NCBI RefSeq assembly: GCF_006345805.1
Contig: NC_043006.1
Location: 89,900,001 to 89,964,000 of the forward strand
From: Octopus sinensis
Lineage: Eukaryota
Reading direction: 5' to 3'
DNA: 64,000 nucleotides
The stretch's first letter is position 1, and every line of letters begins with the position of its first letter. Below, piece after piece: positions 25,028-38,311 of this stretch. The translations under genes and the position numbers were made by a program. The notes under the pieces were generated by a model, which worked only from the letters and a program-made list of their open reading frames with translations, was not told the origin of the DNA and ran no database searches.

Positions 25028-25228
25028 AAGGCAGTAAGCTGGCAGAAATGTTAGCATGCTGGGTGAAATGCTTTAGCAGTATTTCATCTGCTGCTACGTT
25101 CTGAGTTCAAATTCCGCCGAGGTCGACTTTGCCTTTCATCTTTCGGGGTCGATTAAATAAGTACCAGTTACGCACTGGGGTTGATATAATTGACTTAATC
25201 CGTTTGTCTGTCCTTGTTTGTCCTCTCT
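25028..25228 (+). mobile_element. tRNA-SINE family B copy
   Basis: tggcagaaatgttagc (A box), gagttcaaattcc (B box), gtcgactttgcctttcatc body; tail truncated at gtcctctctg. Confidence 0.85.
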
Positions 25229-25539
25229 GAGTTGTTATTATCATTATCATCCTTTTTTTTGGCTCTTCATCATCTCCCTCCACCTCACTTGCCTGTTTCA
25301 TATAAACCTTTTGTGATTATGGGTAATCTATCTTTGTAATGTTCTATTTTTCTAGTGCCCCTGTGGCAGACAGAATCATTAACACATTGGAAAACAATGC
25401 TTACTGACATTTCTTCTGAGGTCCACTTGGTCTTCATCCTTCTGTGGGAGATAGAATAAGTACTAGTAGAGCACTGGGGTCAATGCAATTGACTTACCCT
25501 TTCCCCTGAAATTGCTGGCCTTGTGCCAAAATTTAAAAG

Positions 25540-25584
<45 letters not shown>

Positions 25585-25712
25585 TGACCTGGATGGCATC
25601 CCCCCACCCACCCAACTGGAAATTTCCTTGTTAATTGTTATTCTCTGTCCTTTTTCTTTGCATTGTCCTAAATGTATTTTTCTGTCCTTGTGGCCAATAA
25701 ATAATAATAATT
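25585..25712 (+). mobile_element. Solo LINE 3' end related to the Tx1-like tail
   Basis: Ends gtggccaataaa plus (AAT)n, sharing the terminal motif of 9187-9198; (ATT)n run upstream. Confidence 0.45.
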
Positions 25713-27507
25713 ATCTTTTTTTGAAATATTTCCTCAGTTAAACTTTGATCTTTCTTAAAGACAGAAACAGTCGTCAGCTAATTAGAACTATCTAGGAGAG
25801 GTTAAAACCCTGGTGGCAAAACCACTCCTACCTGCCTCTTAGTTTAGTTAGATAAAAGAAAGAATTGTTTTCTGGATGATAGAATATGAATAAGCAGAAG
25901 AATAAAGGGGGAAAAAAAAAACTAGAAACCATTGAAGAAAAAAGAAAAAAGAAAAAAATTCACCACAACAAGGCTTTGGTTAGATTGTTAACAAACGAGG
26001 GATGGGTGCAGTTGTAAGGATAAAGGTAGTGGACTGACATCATTAAAGTTTATACAGAATTACACCCCAACCCCAACCAACCAGTGATATCTGTCTTGAT
26101 ATAATGAGATAAAAAGGAGAGCAGTGAGAGAGCTGGGTGGACAATAGGTGGAGATAAGGGAACAGGCGGCCTCTGGAAAGCAAAGAACTGTTTATTTATT
26201 AAAGTTTTTCTTTTTCAAAATAAGATTAACAGATAATTAAAGACACAAATAAAAAATGGAGAATGAAAAATAAAGGTGAATAGGGGTCAGGGAAAAGACA
26301 AAAAAAAAGTGAAAAATATCTAAAGAAATAAATAACTTTGTAGAAAGGAAGTACAAGAAAGAATGAAAGATGTTAAAAGACAAGACTGGTTTGAAAAGAT
26401 AGAAAATGTAAGAAATTAAAAAAAGAAATATAATGAAAGCCAGATAAAAATAAATGGTAAATCCTCCTTCCCCCCCACCCCAGGAAAAACAGAGTAAAAG
26501 GATGAGAGTGAAAAGATGTGGAAAGAGCCGGAGATGGGTGGGGGAAACAGTGTAAACTTGGAATAAGGAGTGGCAGAACAATAGGGGTTCTAAAATTAGG
26601 TAAAAAAAAAAAATTCAGTGACAAGAAATGATTTTAGAAGAGAATCAGTGGGGGTGGGGTATAACCTGGAATGGGGGAAGGAGGAGAGATTTTTTTTTTA
26701 TAAAGAATAAAATAATGTTTGTACAAAAGCACAGCATTAAATGGAAGAGATATGAGAGTGAAATCATTGTCACCGAATGTTAGAGAAGTGGTGGGAATTG
26801 ACCTCAGAGTGTCCAGCAGTTAGACTACTGATTTGTTTCAGTTGTTTACATCATGAGTTCAAACTCTACTGCAACATCGTTCCAAATTTTATTTTATAAG
26901 ACTGGGGGGCAATGTAATTGGCTTTTGTGCCAATGAAAACAATCAATATTTGAAGATTTAAAGAAAAATACTTTTGGAAGCATTTATCAGAACAATTGAA
27001 GAGAATAAGTGTGATTTATGAAGTCAAGGCTAACATATCAGTTTCTTTCCATTCTGAATCCAAATATCACAAAAGTCAACTTGGTCCTTCTCCAGCATCA
27101 ACATTGTTGCGACTGCTACCTCTGCTGCTACTGCTGCTACCATCATCATTAACAATTTAATGCCCACTTCTCCATGACTGAATTCATTCAAGTAGATTTT
27201 CTATGGCGAGATGCCCCTCCTAACACCAACCCTCACCTGGTTCCTTCCCCACTGCCAGACATGTTTTCACATGGGACTGGGAATGAAGATACTGCTTCAG
27301 TAACAGTGATGCTTGTTTTATAATTATTAAACAACTACCATTTATGACCTGGCGTTGCAGGGTCATAGTGCTAGTTTGGTATAAATTTGTTAAATTAAAC
27401 ATTTGGGGTAATAAAACATACAAAGACATATTAAAAAGACGAATTAAAATTCCAGAGAAAAATACATAGAAGATAAATATACAAATTTACAAAAATACAT
27501 AAAAGTT

Positions 27508-27586
27508 CATCTACGGGCCGTTTCAGAGATGCGCCAATTAATATGAAACATATATATTTAAAATTGACACTCCCCTCGTCAGGATG
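27508..27586 (-). ncRNA. Type I hammerhead ribozyme with intact catalytic core
   Basis: Minus: cauc CUGACGA [14-bp stem II, one bulge, 22-nt loop] GAA ACG-gcc-CGU A gaug; stem I cauc/gaug; GUA triplet. Confidence 0.8.
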
Positions 27587-28279
27587 TTTTTTACACACAA
27601 CACATGCGAAAGACCAGACATTATGTACTCCCCAAAATTCTCATAGATACTGAATGCTACTTTATAAGCATATAATTCAATCTAGCAGCCATAGTAAATG
27701 GTATGCACACAGCTCCATCTGGACTAATTCACTTCTGCACTTAATTTAATTTTTAATCTTTTAATTTCTCCCATTCATGCAAAGCCACATATTCGAGTTC
27801 AAGTCCTTGATACATTTTATACTAATTGCTATTTTTTCTTTTAATTGTTATATTACAATTTAATTACCATACTTTAGTTTTATTTTAATAACTACTTACT
27901 ATATTTACTATATTTAATTCAATTGTTATTATTACCTCTAACTTTTATTGCTATTTTTATTTCTAAATTTCTTATGGAACGTCGAGAGGATCTTATGTGT
28001 ACAATATATTTTTATATGATGTTTATATATTTATATATTACTATATATTTCTAAACGTCGGGCTTTATATCTGTTCTGTAGATATAAATGAATATATGAA
28101 TATATGTATGTGTTTGATCTTTCTGTGGATTTTGTAGTGCCCTTGTAGTTGCTGCTCGCATTGCCTCCCCTCGGATTAAAAAGTGTATACAACTCATTTG
28201 AGCACTACTATTCCAGTCTGTTATATATTTTGAGCGCTGTTGTCACTAACGATCTCAAGATATAACTTTATATTTTGTA

Positions 28280-28310
<31 letters not shown>

Positions 28311-28319
28311 CATATACAT

Positions 28320-28566
28320 ACAATAGAGAGATGTTTTTGTTTCACTTTTAACATGTAATACTGAAATAGTGGAGAAGATATGATGTTGCTGTGGGCTCGC
28401 CCTAGGCAAGAATTTGAACATTTTTTTTGCCCATGAAACTACATGGACCCTAATTAAGGCATGTGTAAAATTTGAATGAAATTGGTTGTGTAGTTCTCAA
28501 GTTTTAGGGAAACACACAGACAGACAGACAGACAGACACACATTCTCAGTTTTATATATAGAGAGA
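28320..28566 (-). mobile_element. Non-autonomous Helitron, 5' portion only
   Basis: Minus: a|TCTCTCTATATATAAAACTGAGAATGTGTGTCTGTCTG, similar to the Helitron 5' end at 51216; no CTAG 3' end found. Confidence 0.55.
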
Positions 28567-28576
28567 TGTCAAGACA

Positions 28577-28607
<31 letters not shown>

Positions 28608-30014
28608 CAGGGGGTACTTTGTCCTGTCTTTGAAGGTGCTGGTGCCTTGAAAAAAATCACCCAGTACACACTGTAATATGGTTGGCAATAGAAACGACGT
28701 CCAACTATAGAAACCATGCCAAAACAGAGAAAAAAAACTTTGCATAGCCCATCATGTCATCAGCTGAATAACTGAAACCAGTAAAAAGGGAAAAGGGTTT
28801 GAATTGCTCAAATATAATAATACAATTGAAGTATTTTTTTTTCCAGTCCCTTCTAATTATTGTTTTTGTTTTTTGTTATTTCCTCATTTAAAAGTCTCTT
28901 GCCAGGTCTCCTGGATACTCTTTTGAACATATTCCATGCAAAAAGATAGTTTACCCTAGAAACAAAGTTGTAATATTTTCAAGCATATTTAATGACTATC
29001 CAACCAATTAGAAGATAAAATATACTTTTATATTACAGACATATGAGTGCACACACACGCATACAGAGACATGAGTCCACACATATACACATATACATAC
29101 GCAGTCAAAAATCTTCTGCGTAGTTTGAGAGAAAAAAAAAAACGCAACAGCATTCATTTGTGACTCACAAAGAAAAGCAGTGAAAATCTCAATAAATTGG
29201 GAATTAATTAAAAAAATAATTTCATTCCTCCGCTTCAAGGGAAATTTGATCTTTTTTTGCAAGGTCATTGCTATCAATGGACATGTTTAGATTTCACCTT
29301 AGGAATAAGAATTAATCTTATTTTTTTAATTAATTCTTAATTTATTGAAGTTATTAGAGCAAGATATAATTTTATCAATGTATATTTTATCGGATAATTA
29401 ATCATATATTCAGTTTGAATGGTGGAAAATAATAATTTCTGAATTTGGCACAATGCCAGCAATTTTGAAGGAAGAAGGTCAATTGATATTATCAACTCCT
29501 GTATTTAGTAATAGTAGTGGTAGTAGCAGCAGCAGCATGGGAGCATGCACTGTAACAGTGCACCACTGCATCCACCATTTGTTAGAGATTCCTTACGACC
29601 CCTGGCAGATGACACCTTTGTACCACTCAGGCAACAACCTTCCAAACCATGGGTCTGTTTGGATAGTTGTTGCTGGTGAGAGGATTTTACAAGGTTGAAG
29701 TGAAAATCCTACCTCGACGTCTTTTTGCTGCCTTTTATGACATGTGTAGGAAATGTTGGGTCTATTCACCACACAGTACTTCAGCAAAATGAAGTGAAGT
29801 GTTTTGCTCAAGAACACAAAATGACACCTGGTTCAGGAACTGAACCCATGATTGCCAGATCGTAGGTGTAACACCTTGACCACTGGGCCATGTGCTTTCA
29901 TATCTGATTGGTATTTCATTTTATCAGCCCTGAGACAGTGAAAAGCCCTGAAACAATGAATTCAGAAAATATGGAACTTGAACAAATGATGCAAGACAAT
30001 TATTTGTACTACCA

Positions 30015-30200
30015 GGCACAAGGCCTGCCTTTTTGGTGGTGAGCCTAGTCAATTACATAGACCCAATTGTGCAACTGGTACCTATTTCGGTAAAGATGAA
30101 AACCTAAGGTGACTATGGTGGAATTTAAATTTGGAATGTTGGGATGGACAAAATGCCACTAAGTATTTTGTCCGGCATTGCTAACAACTCGGCCGCTTGT
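30015..30200 (-). mobile_element. Degenerate tRNA-SINE family B copy
   Basis: gcacaaggcctg..caactggtacctattt..gctaacaactc, colinear with 15503-15707. Confidence 0.5.
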
Positions 30201-31479
30201 CATCTAGCTGCAAGTATATTTTAGTGAAGAATATGTGGAAAAGAAAATGGTTCAGACTTTATAAAGGGGTGTATTTGAGAAGAAATTCTCAAAAAGTAAA
30301 AAATTAAAGAATAAAAAACTTTTTTAAATGGTGGGAAACAGAAAAATCCTTTACTCTTTATATGAGATTATCTTGTTATTTGTTTTGTTTTGTTATTTTT
30401 ACTCTTTTACTAGTTTCAGTTTTGGACTCTTGCCATGGTGATCACATCTATCCCCGGTATTAATTCCACTCAATTATTTTATTGATCTGTATTTATTGAA
30501 TCACTCAGGCACACATTTTAACAACACACTTAAAAACAGACAAGGACATGGGGACACACACACACACATATAGAAACACACACTCATACACACATATATA
30601 CATACATATACACACACACAAACACACACATGTATGTGTGCACACACACGACAGACTTCTGCATAATTTCCATCTATGAAATTCCATTCACAAGCAATGA
30701 CTTCTCTAAGCAGTGTGCTTGTCTGAACACACAATTTTGTAACTTGAATAACGAAAGCAAAACGTGAGCCTTCACGGTTTTGATGATGAAACTGAATTTT
30801 TTTAATCGAAGATAATTACTCGTACGGATGTGCACATGGTTGAGAAACAAAAACAAAATGTTCATATGAGCAAATATTTGTGTCCATTCCATAGGAAAAA
30901 CTTTGAGGCAACATTACTTGTAAAGTATTAGTCAACCTGAAGGCAAGAGTAGAAAGCACTTGCAAAAGTCCCATGCAACTGGACCAAACCATGGAATCAA
31001 GGCCTATGAAAGAGTGATGACAGTTTCAGTCAGTACTTTAGTTTGGGGATCTAAAGAAGAACCTGGAGGTCTTCAAAGGGGGGGGGGGCTTTGGAGGCTC
31101 CACTCCCCAAACAGGGGCCCCAACAACCTTACCCTATTCTACCTTGCAAAAGTTCTCTCAAAGTTCATGTCTGGAAGCATGTAGTTTCAAAACAAACTTC
31201 TTGACCAACTTATATCAATTTAGTAAAGACGATGTGGATGATGTTTTTTACTCAGCTAATGTATTAAGTTATTCATAAATTTCTGTGTGTGTAGTTAACG
31301 AATCCTGCCAGGATATTTTTTCTTTCTTCAGCTGAGGGAAAATTTCAATTCATTAAGAATTTTTTGCAGAAGCCATTCAGTACATTCACACAGTCTTAGA
31401 AAAATGTCTACTTTATCTTATCATTGATCATATATTCTTCATATAACCTTGCATGTGTGACTCAGTACATACGTAGTTG

Positions 31480-31533
<54 letters not shown>

Positions 31534-31551
31534 ACTCTATCTAGCTAATTA

Positions 31552-31588
<37 letters not shown>

Positions 31589-31751
31589 GTATGAGGTGCA
31601 ATGGAATAACAGGAAGATTAGCAGAGAGTAGTCTTGGTATGTGACAGATGTGCCTATACAATAAACACTAAGACTGTACAGGAATAATTGCTTATCATAC
31701 ATATATGTGTATGTATATATATATATATTATATATATATATATTATATATA

Positions 31752-31844
<93 letters not shown>

Positions 31845-31901
31845 TACATACATACATATATAAACATATATATACATACATGCTTATCATACATATATGT
31901 G

Positions 31902-31937
<36 letters not shown>

Positions 31938-32058
31938 CACATATATGTATGATAAGCAATTATTCCTGTACAGTCTTAGTATTTATTGTATAGGCACATC
32001 TGTCACATACCAAGACTACTCTCTGCTAATCTTCCTGTTATTCCATTGCACCTCATAC
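31589..32058. repeat. Inverted duplication (~130-bp arms) around a (TA)n core
   Basis: 31589 to ~31720 versus ~31925-32058; one mismatch in the unique part (ataaacacta/ataaatacta); extra partial copy at 31881-31915. Confidence 0.95.
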
Positions 32059-32279
32059 GTATCCATAGCTAGCACTGGGTACATCATCATCATCATCGTC
32101 ATCATTTAATGTCTGTTTTCCATGCCAGCATGGCTTGGATGGCCTGTTTTGGGTGGGTTTCTACAGTCGGGTGCCCTTCCTAATGCCAACCACTACACAG
32201 AGTGTACAGGGTGCTTTTTACGTGGCACCATCACAGGAGCTTTTTAAGTGGCACCTTAGTTTTAGGATCTCAATTCTAT

Positions 32280-32727
32280 TGTGGTGGGCAGGTCTTCTCG
32301 AGTGCAGTAATGCACCACATATCTCAGTTCCCTGTCATCTCCTTTGTAAGGCTCAGTGTTTTAAGATCAGCCTTTAAAACTTCATCCCATATCTTCTTGG
32401 ATCTTCCTCTTCCGCAACCTTCCTCCACTTTAAGTGATTGGCACTTCTTTATGGAGCTGTCCTCATCCATCCATATCACATGACCAAACCAGCACTGTCT
32501 CCTCTCTTGCACACTGCGTCTGATTTCTCTTATGCCCAGCTTTTCCTTCAATACACCTGCACACTGATATTGCACCTCCAGTGGATCATACCAGCTTTGG
32601 TCCTTTCCAGCCTTCACATCTTCCCCCACATTCAGGGCCCATGTCTCACTACCATGCAGCATTGCAGTTCATACACATGCAGCATACAATCTTCCCTTCA
32701 CTTGGAGAGAGAGACATTTGGTTGCCA
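32280..32727 (-). mobile_element. RTE LINE 3' fragment
   Basis: KGRLYAACV*TAMLHGSETWA..QERRQCWFGHV..GRGRSKKIWDEVLKADL. Confidence 0.85.
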
Positions 32728-32779
32728 TTTTCTGCTTCTCTCCAGCTAGATTCCCTTTTTTTAGGGGTATCTAGGACTA

Positions 32780-33250
32780 TATTATCTAAGGCATTCATCT
32801 CATTTTATTCAAGAATATAATTTAAGGACGATTTGACTGCTCTGTCTAGCAACTTGAATGACTCCTTCATTGGTTTATGGGATTAATCTTACTGGAGATA
32901 GTAGTTGTGATACAAATGTTAATGAGAGTTTTGTATGGTTTAGAAATGGTATTGTCCTCGTTCTGCTGCTGCTGGTAACAATAACAGGAACAACAATGTT
33001 AAGTTGATGATAAACATATTCTCCTTGAGGATAATTCTGTTTTATTAGAGCAGACAAATTTAATGACTGAGAAACAACTCAAACGAGCACGTGTAAAGAG
33101 TTAACGAGCCTTCTTCACTTGCTGCCTCCCAACTTTTATATTAATTATTATTTAACGTACTTGTTAATATGTATGGGATGGTTCTTGTTAGAGCAATTGT
33201 CTCTACAACCAGGAATCTATGTTAATAATCATTTAACCCCGAGCAAGGCA
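32780..33250 (-). mobile_element. Possible old PLE thumb/linker relic
   Basis: NHPIHINK and SALIKQNYP..RTIPFL resemble PLE S.HP.H.K and L..QNYP..IPF motifs; very decayed. Confidence 0.3.
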
Positions 33251-33738
33251 CAGAATCTATTTATTCATTCAGGCGAACTGAGAGAATACAAGTTACATAA
33301 CCCGCACTCACAGCTCAGAGCATTCGTTGTCATCAGATTGGGAAACAGGGGTTTTCAACATAGTTCTCATTTATCTTTCATTTGTTCCACTCATTGGACT
33401 GTGGCCATGCTAGAGCATTTGCTTTACAGCTTTTACTTGAAAATAATTTACCTCAGTCTGGTACTGATTCTATTGGTCCTTTTTGCTGAATCGCAAAGTT
33501 ACAGGAATGCAAACAAACCAACACTGATTGTCAAGGTGGTGGGAGGACACAAACACAGGTGTGCATACACACACACACACACACAGATGAAGGGTATCAA
33601 CACAGTTTCCACCCACCAAATTCATTCACCAGGCATTAGCTGGCACTTTAACTTAGCAGTTCAGCAAAAGAAATGATACAATAAGTAGCAGACTTTAAAA
33701 CAGACAACTGACTTCAATTTGCTCAGCCAAACCTTCGA

Positions 33739-34373
33739 CCCTTTCACATTCAGATTATTCAGTCACATGTGTGATCACTGACAGAGTGGCTAACAGGCTT
33801 CCATGCCAGTGGCACTTAAAAGGCACCATCTGAGCATGATCGTTGCCACAGCGGCTATCTGGCCTCTGTGCCGGTGGCACGTAAAAGATACCATTCAAGC
33901 ATGATCGTTACCAGTGTCACTTTACTGGCACTTGGCAGTGTAAAAACATTCGAGCGAGGTCGTTGCCAGTACCGCTTGACTGGCCCCCGTGCTGGTGGTA
34001 CGTAAAAAGCACCCACTACACTCTCGGAGTGGTTGGCGTTAGGAAGGGCATCCATCTGTAGAAACTCTTTCAGATCAAGATTGAAGCCTGGTGCAGCCAT
34101 CTTGTTTGCCAGTCCTTAGTCAAAATCGTTCAACCCATGCTAGCATGGAAAGCGGACGTTAAACGATGATGATGATGATGATGTAAAGCTTATTTATTCA
34201 CATTATTTTGAATCAGTCATGCATTACCTTGTAGCTTTCAGATTTCAGTGAAGTGACTGTTTATTTTTAGAATGTCATTGTAGGGTAGGTGTGAGAGGCC
34301 TGATATGACCAGTTTGAACATAAAACAGGAAGAATTAATTGGGCCAGATATAGCTGGTTTAAATGCTAAACGG
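33739..34373 (-). mobile_element. piggyBac-like MITE split by a family C insertion
   Basis: Ends ccctttcacatt (33739) and, on minus, ccgtttagcatt next to TTAA (34374-34377); family C occupies about 33790-34182. Confidence 0.5.
33790..34182 (-). mobile_element. Repeat family C, well-preserved copy
   Basis: Reverse-complement match to 12145-12600, including internal subunits and (ATG)n end. Confidence 0.75.
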
Positions 34374-34942
34374 TTAAGGCATTGCTCCAGCATGGTCTGC
34401 AGTTCAATGAGTGAAACAAGTAAAAGATAAAAGGTAACACATGTCCGCTTATTTAGATCCAGTGGCCTCTTTGGATCTCTCTGCAATAGAAATCAACATA
34501 ATGGTGACTAAAGGAAGGCAGCAGACAGACATAGATTCACTGAACTAAAATAGAGGGAAAGCAGGGTGTGAGAGGGAGGAGAAACTGCTGGCAAGTGCAT
34601 GCTCCTACCTATCCCCACTTAGGTAGGTAGGAGCAAAGAAGAGAGAGAGAAACAAGAAAAGCAGATACAACAAAAAGCAGAAACAAACAATAAGTCCTTT
34701 TTTCCACAAAGAGGCAAAGAAGTTTGTCAGAGGCCATCGGCTGAATTGATGAAGGTGGGTTGAGGACAGACATGCAACACAAAACCCAGAACCTTCATAT
34801 AAATACACGTCTGTTAGTTTACAGTTGGAATGTTAAGCAGCTTACAAATACAATTTCCTAACTGGATGGCAAAATACTTGGCTTTTTAAAAATAGCTTAT
34901 ATATCTGGATATGTATTTATATGCACAAATGTGTGTGTGTAC

Positions 34943-35000
<58 letters not shown>

Positions 35001-35671
35001 ACATGTACACACACACACACAAATACACAAAGAATTCTCTCAATAAAAATAAACTTTCATGTTATAATGAACAGAACATGGCCTTAATTCATTAAATGCC
35101 TTATTTATATATTTCCTTCCTTCCTTCCCCCTTCTTTCTTTCTTTCTTCCCTCCTTTCTTTTTTCTTCCTTCCTTTCTTAAATGCACACATTGTTTGCCA
35201 TATCTCTCAATACCAAACAAAAGCCAACAACAACAACACCAACAACACTATAATTCCATGTAGTACAAGTTACAGTAAGATCTTTAAATCTGAATTAAAT
35301 CTAACCTTTAAACTATTTACATAAACAAAGGAAGGTCGACAGTTATCAATTCTATAAAATTATCATGTTAAATTCCAACTTTTATTCAGCAGAAAATAAG
35401 AGGAAAATTGAATTTGCTTTAGGAGCAAAAATTTATATTATTTTTGAAGAAAAAAAAATTGTTTTTATTTATTTTTTGTTGTTTTCATTTTAAACTTTAG
35501 AAAAGTCAAAATGCAATTTCTACCTGTAATCCACCCATTTGGTTCCGTAACCTTCAACATTTTCTCCAATCTCACGATCTCATGACAATATTTATTTATG
35601 ATTTTATAAGCTTTCCAGAAATTTTTCATTTAATATCAATAACATTTCTGTCCAATCACTTGCACAGATTA

Positions 35672-35677
35672 ATAATA

Positions 35678-35728
<51 letters not shown>

Positions 35729-36000
35729 GATGATGATGAATCACAATATTAATAATTGTAACAACAGGACTTGTAATAGCAAAAATAAAAAAAAGAGCAA
35801 TAAACAATGATGATAATGATGATGGTGAGGATGATAGTGATGGCTGTGATGATGATGAAGGCGATGATAATGGTGATGATGATGAGGAGGAGGAGGTTGG
35901 CCATGTTTGGAATGATGGTGATGATGATGATGAAGACAAAGATGATGAGGAGGAAGAGGAAGATGAAAATGATCATAATGATGATGATGATGATGACAAA
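35672..36000. repeat. (AAT)n followed by a degenerate (GAT/GAG)n tract
   Basis: Directly visible; source of poly-S/H/I/M pseudo-ORFs. Confidence 0.95.
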
Positions 36001-38311
36001 AAGAAGAGTAAGAAAATAAATTGGAAAGTTTATACAATAGAGTCAAAAATCAGGAATATGAATGATGTGAAAATAGCTAAAATGTCATAGCACCATTTTG
36101 GAAAGACTAGATTTTAAAAATAACACACCAAAAATAAATAACTATAATCATAAGAAAAGAAAAAAATAAAATAGAACAAAGAAAGAAAGAAAGGAAAGAG
36201 TGGTGCATGCTTTAATGGTGTTATTCAGAAAGTGAAATAAAATTTCTTCAGGAAAGAGAAGCAGGCACATGAAGAAAAATAGTAAAAGGGAAGAAGGTTT
36301 TAAGAGGGGTTTGTAGAAATTTACTTGAAGCCAAAAGACAAAAAAAAAAAAAAGAAAAACTCAGGAGATGACTGGAATAGAGATAATAATGTTGGGGGAA
36401 AAAAATTTTTTTTTTAAATTGAAACTAAATGAAAAAATTATAGGAAAAAATAAGAAAACAAATGCAATGAAACAAACAAAAACAAAATGAAATATTTTCA
36501 AAGTTACAGAAAAAAACATCAACGTAAACAACAACAATAACAGCAACAACAACAACTGTTGTGCTACAATGAACATTTTGGTGTTTGATAGGTTTGCAAA
36601 GCTAAAGGAATTTTGTTGAAATATTATCGAACATATGTATATGTATACATGCATGTGTATGTGTGTGCATATGTGTGCGTGCACGTGTGTGTGCATGTCT
36701 GTGTGTGTGTGTGCGCATACAACCCATACCAGCATGGAACCTGGGTGTTAAATGATGGTGATGATGTATGTATATATTTGAGGTCAGCCAGTTCCCTTTG
36801 CCAAAATAAAAATCTAAGAATTTAATATAAGAAAGTATGAGTGCATGTGGGTGTGTGTGTGTATTTGTGTGAGCAGAATAATCAGCAAATTATTGGAAAT
36901 TCTTTCTTTGAGGAAAGAAAAATATTGAATTTAAGACTGTATTTAACAAATGTTGTTGTTTTTTGGTTTTTGTTTTTGCTGCTGTTCTGCACTTTTGATA
37001 TGACTTATAGACTAGTTAGATGTGTGAGTTTGCCTGCCTGCATATGTCAGCCAACAGATATATGTGCATAAACACACACACATATGCCAAAGATATATAT
37101 ATATATATATGTATATTTATATATATATATATATGTATATATATGAAATGCAAAACTATATTGTGAACAGATGTATATGCATACATATTCAGATTAAACC
37201 AGCATGTACATGATTTTGTTTGCTTTGGTGTCTGTACATATAAATGCAAATGTGCGTGTGTTGTTTGTATGCAAGAGTATTTGCGTACATTTACACACAC
37301 ACACACACACACACGTCTTCTATTTCCGATTAAAGTAACAAATAGTGTGTGTATGTTTGTGTTTATTTTTTTCATTGACAGGAATCTAAGAACTATCATG
37401 ATTTATGTAAACGAAATAAAATAGACAACAAAGTCAATTCTTATCCACACAAACACCAACAACATAAGGGATATACAAACACACACACACACACATTATG
37501 CCCACACATACACATATATAATTTAAGAATAGGATATATATGTACACATATATAATATAGTTTATTATATACACATATACTAAACAGTTTTATAGATATA
37601 TATATATATACACATATATGCATACATGTTTTCATTTACCAATGAAAGAAGGAGTGGCCAAAGTATGACGCAGAAGTTTCTATTTCTTAGGAGTCAGTTA
37701 ATTATTTCATCGGCATCAGTTATTAATTTACTCAAGTAATCAGGCAACTTTTGAGATGAAGGTCAAAGTTGTTTCACTGAACACAGAAATTCTAATTGTT
37801 GATCCCAGAGAATGAGATCAAACTTAGAATTCTTGACCAAATGGCTGCTGTACAGTAAAGTGATGATGCAAAAACTGGTCTCCGGCTCCAGTAATAATAT
37901 GACTGTTCTTATTACATTAAGTAGAGGCTAACATTCTTGACATTATTCATCACCACCATCATCATCACAGGCAACAGCAGCAAAAACGACAACGACGATG
38001 ACGACGACGACGTTGGCATGGGTTGGATGATTCAAATGCTTTGACCCGAGCTGGCAAACCAGAGAGCTGCCCCTGGTTCCATTGTCTGATTTGGTTCAGT
38101 TTTTGGGAAGGCTGGATGCCCTTCCTAATGCCAACCACTTCACAGAGCCTGCTGGGTGCTTTTCCTGTGGCATGGACCCTCTACATGGTGCTGACATCAG
38201 TGCTTCTAAATGGCACCAACACAGGGCTCTTGCTGACCAATCCTCTTCAGCACAGAGAAGTGGTATATGTAAGGAGTTTTTATTAATCTCAATTACAGAA
38301 ATAGTAAAGGA

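Noticed and set aside
25028-25110. tRNA gene
   Set aside because: A and B boxes are present but there is no cloverleaf; it is a SINE head.
35604-36046. Poly-Ser/His/Met protein
   Set aside because: Trinucleotide microsatellite open in several frames.
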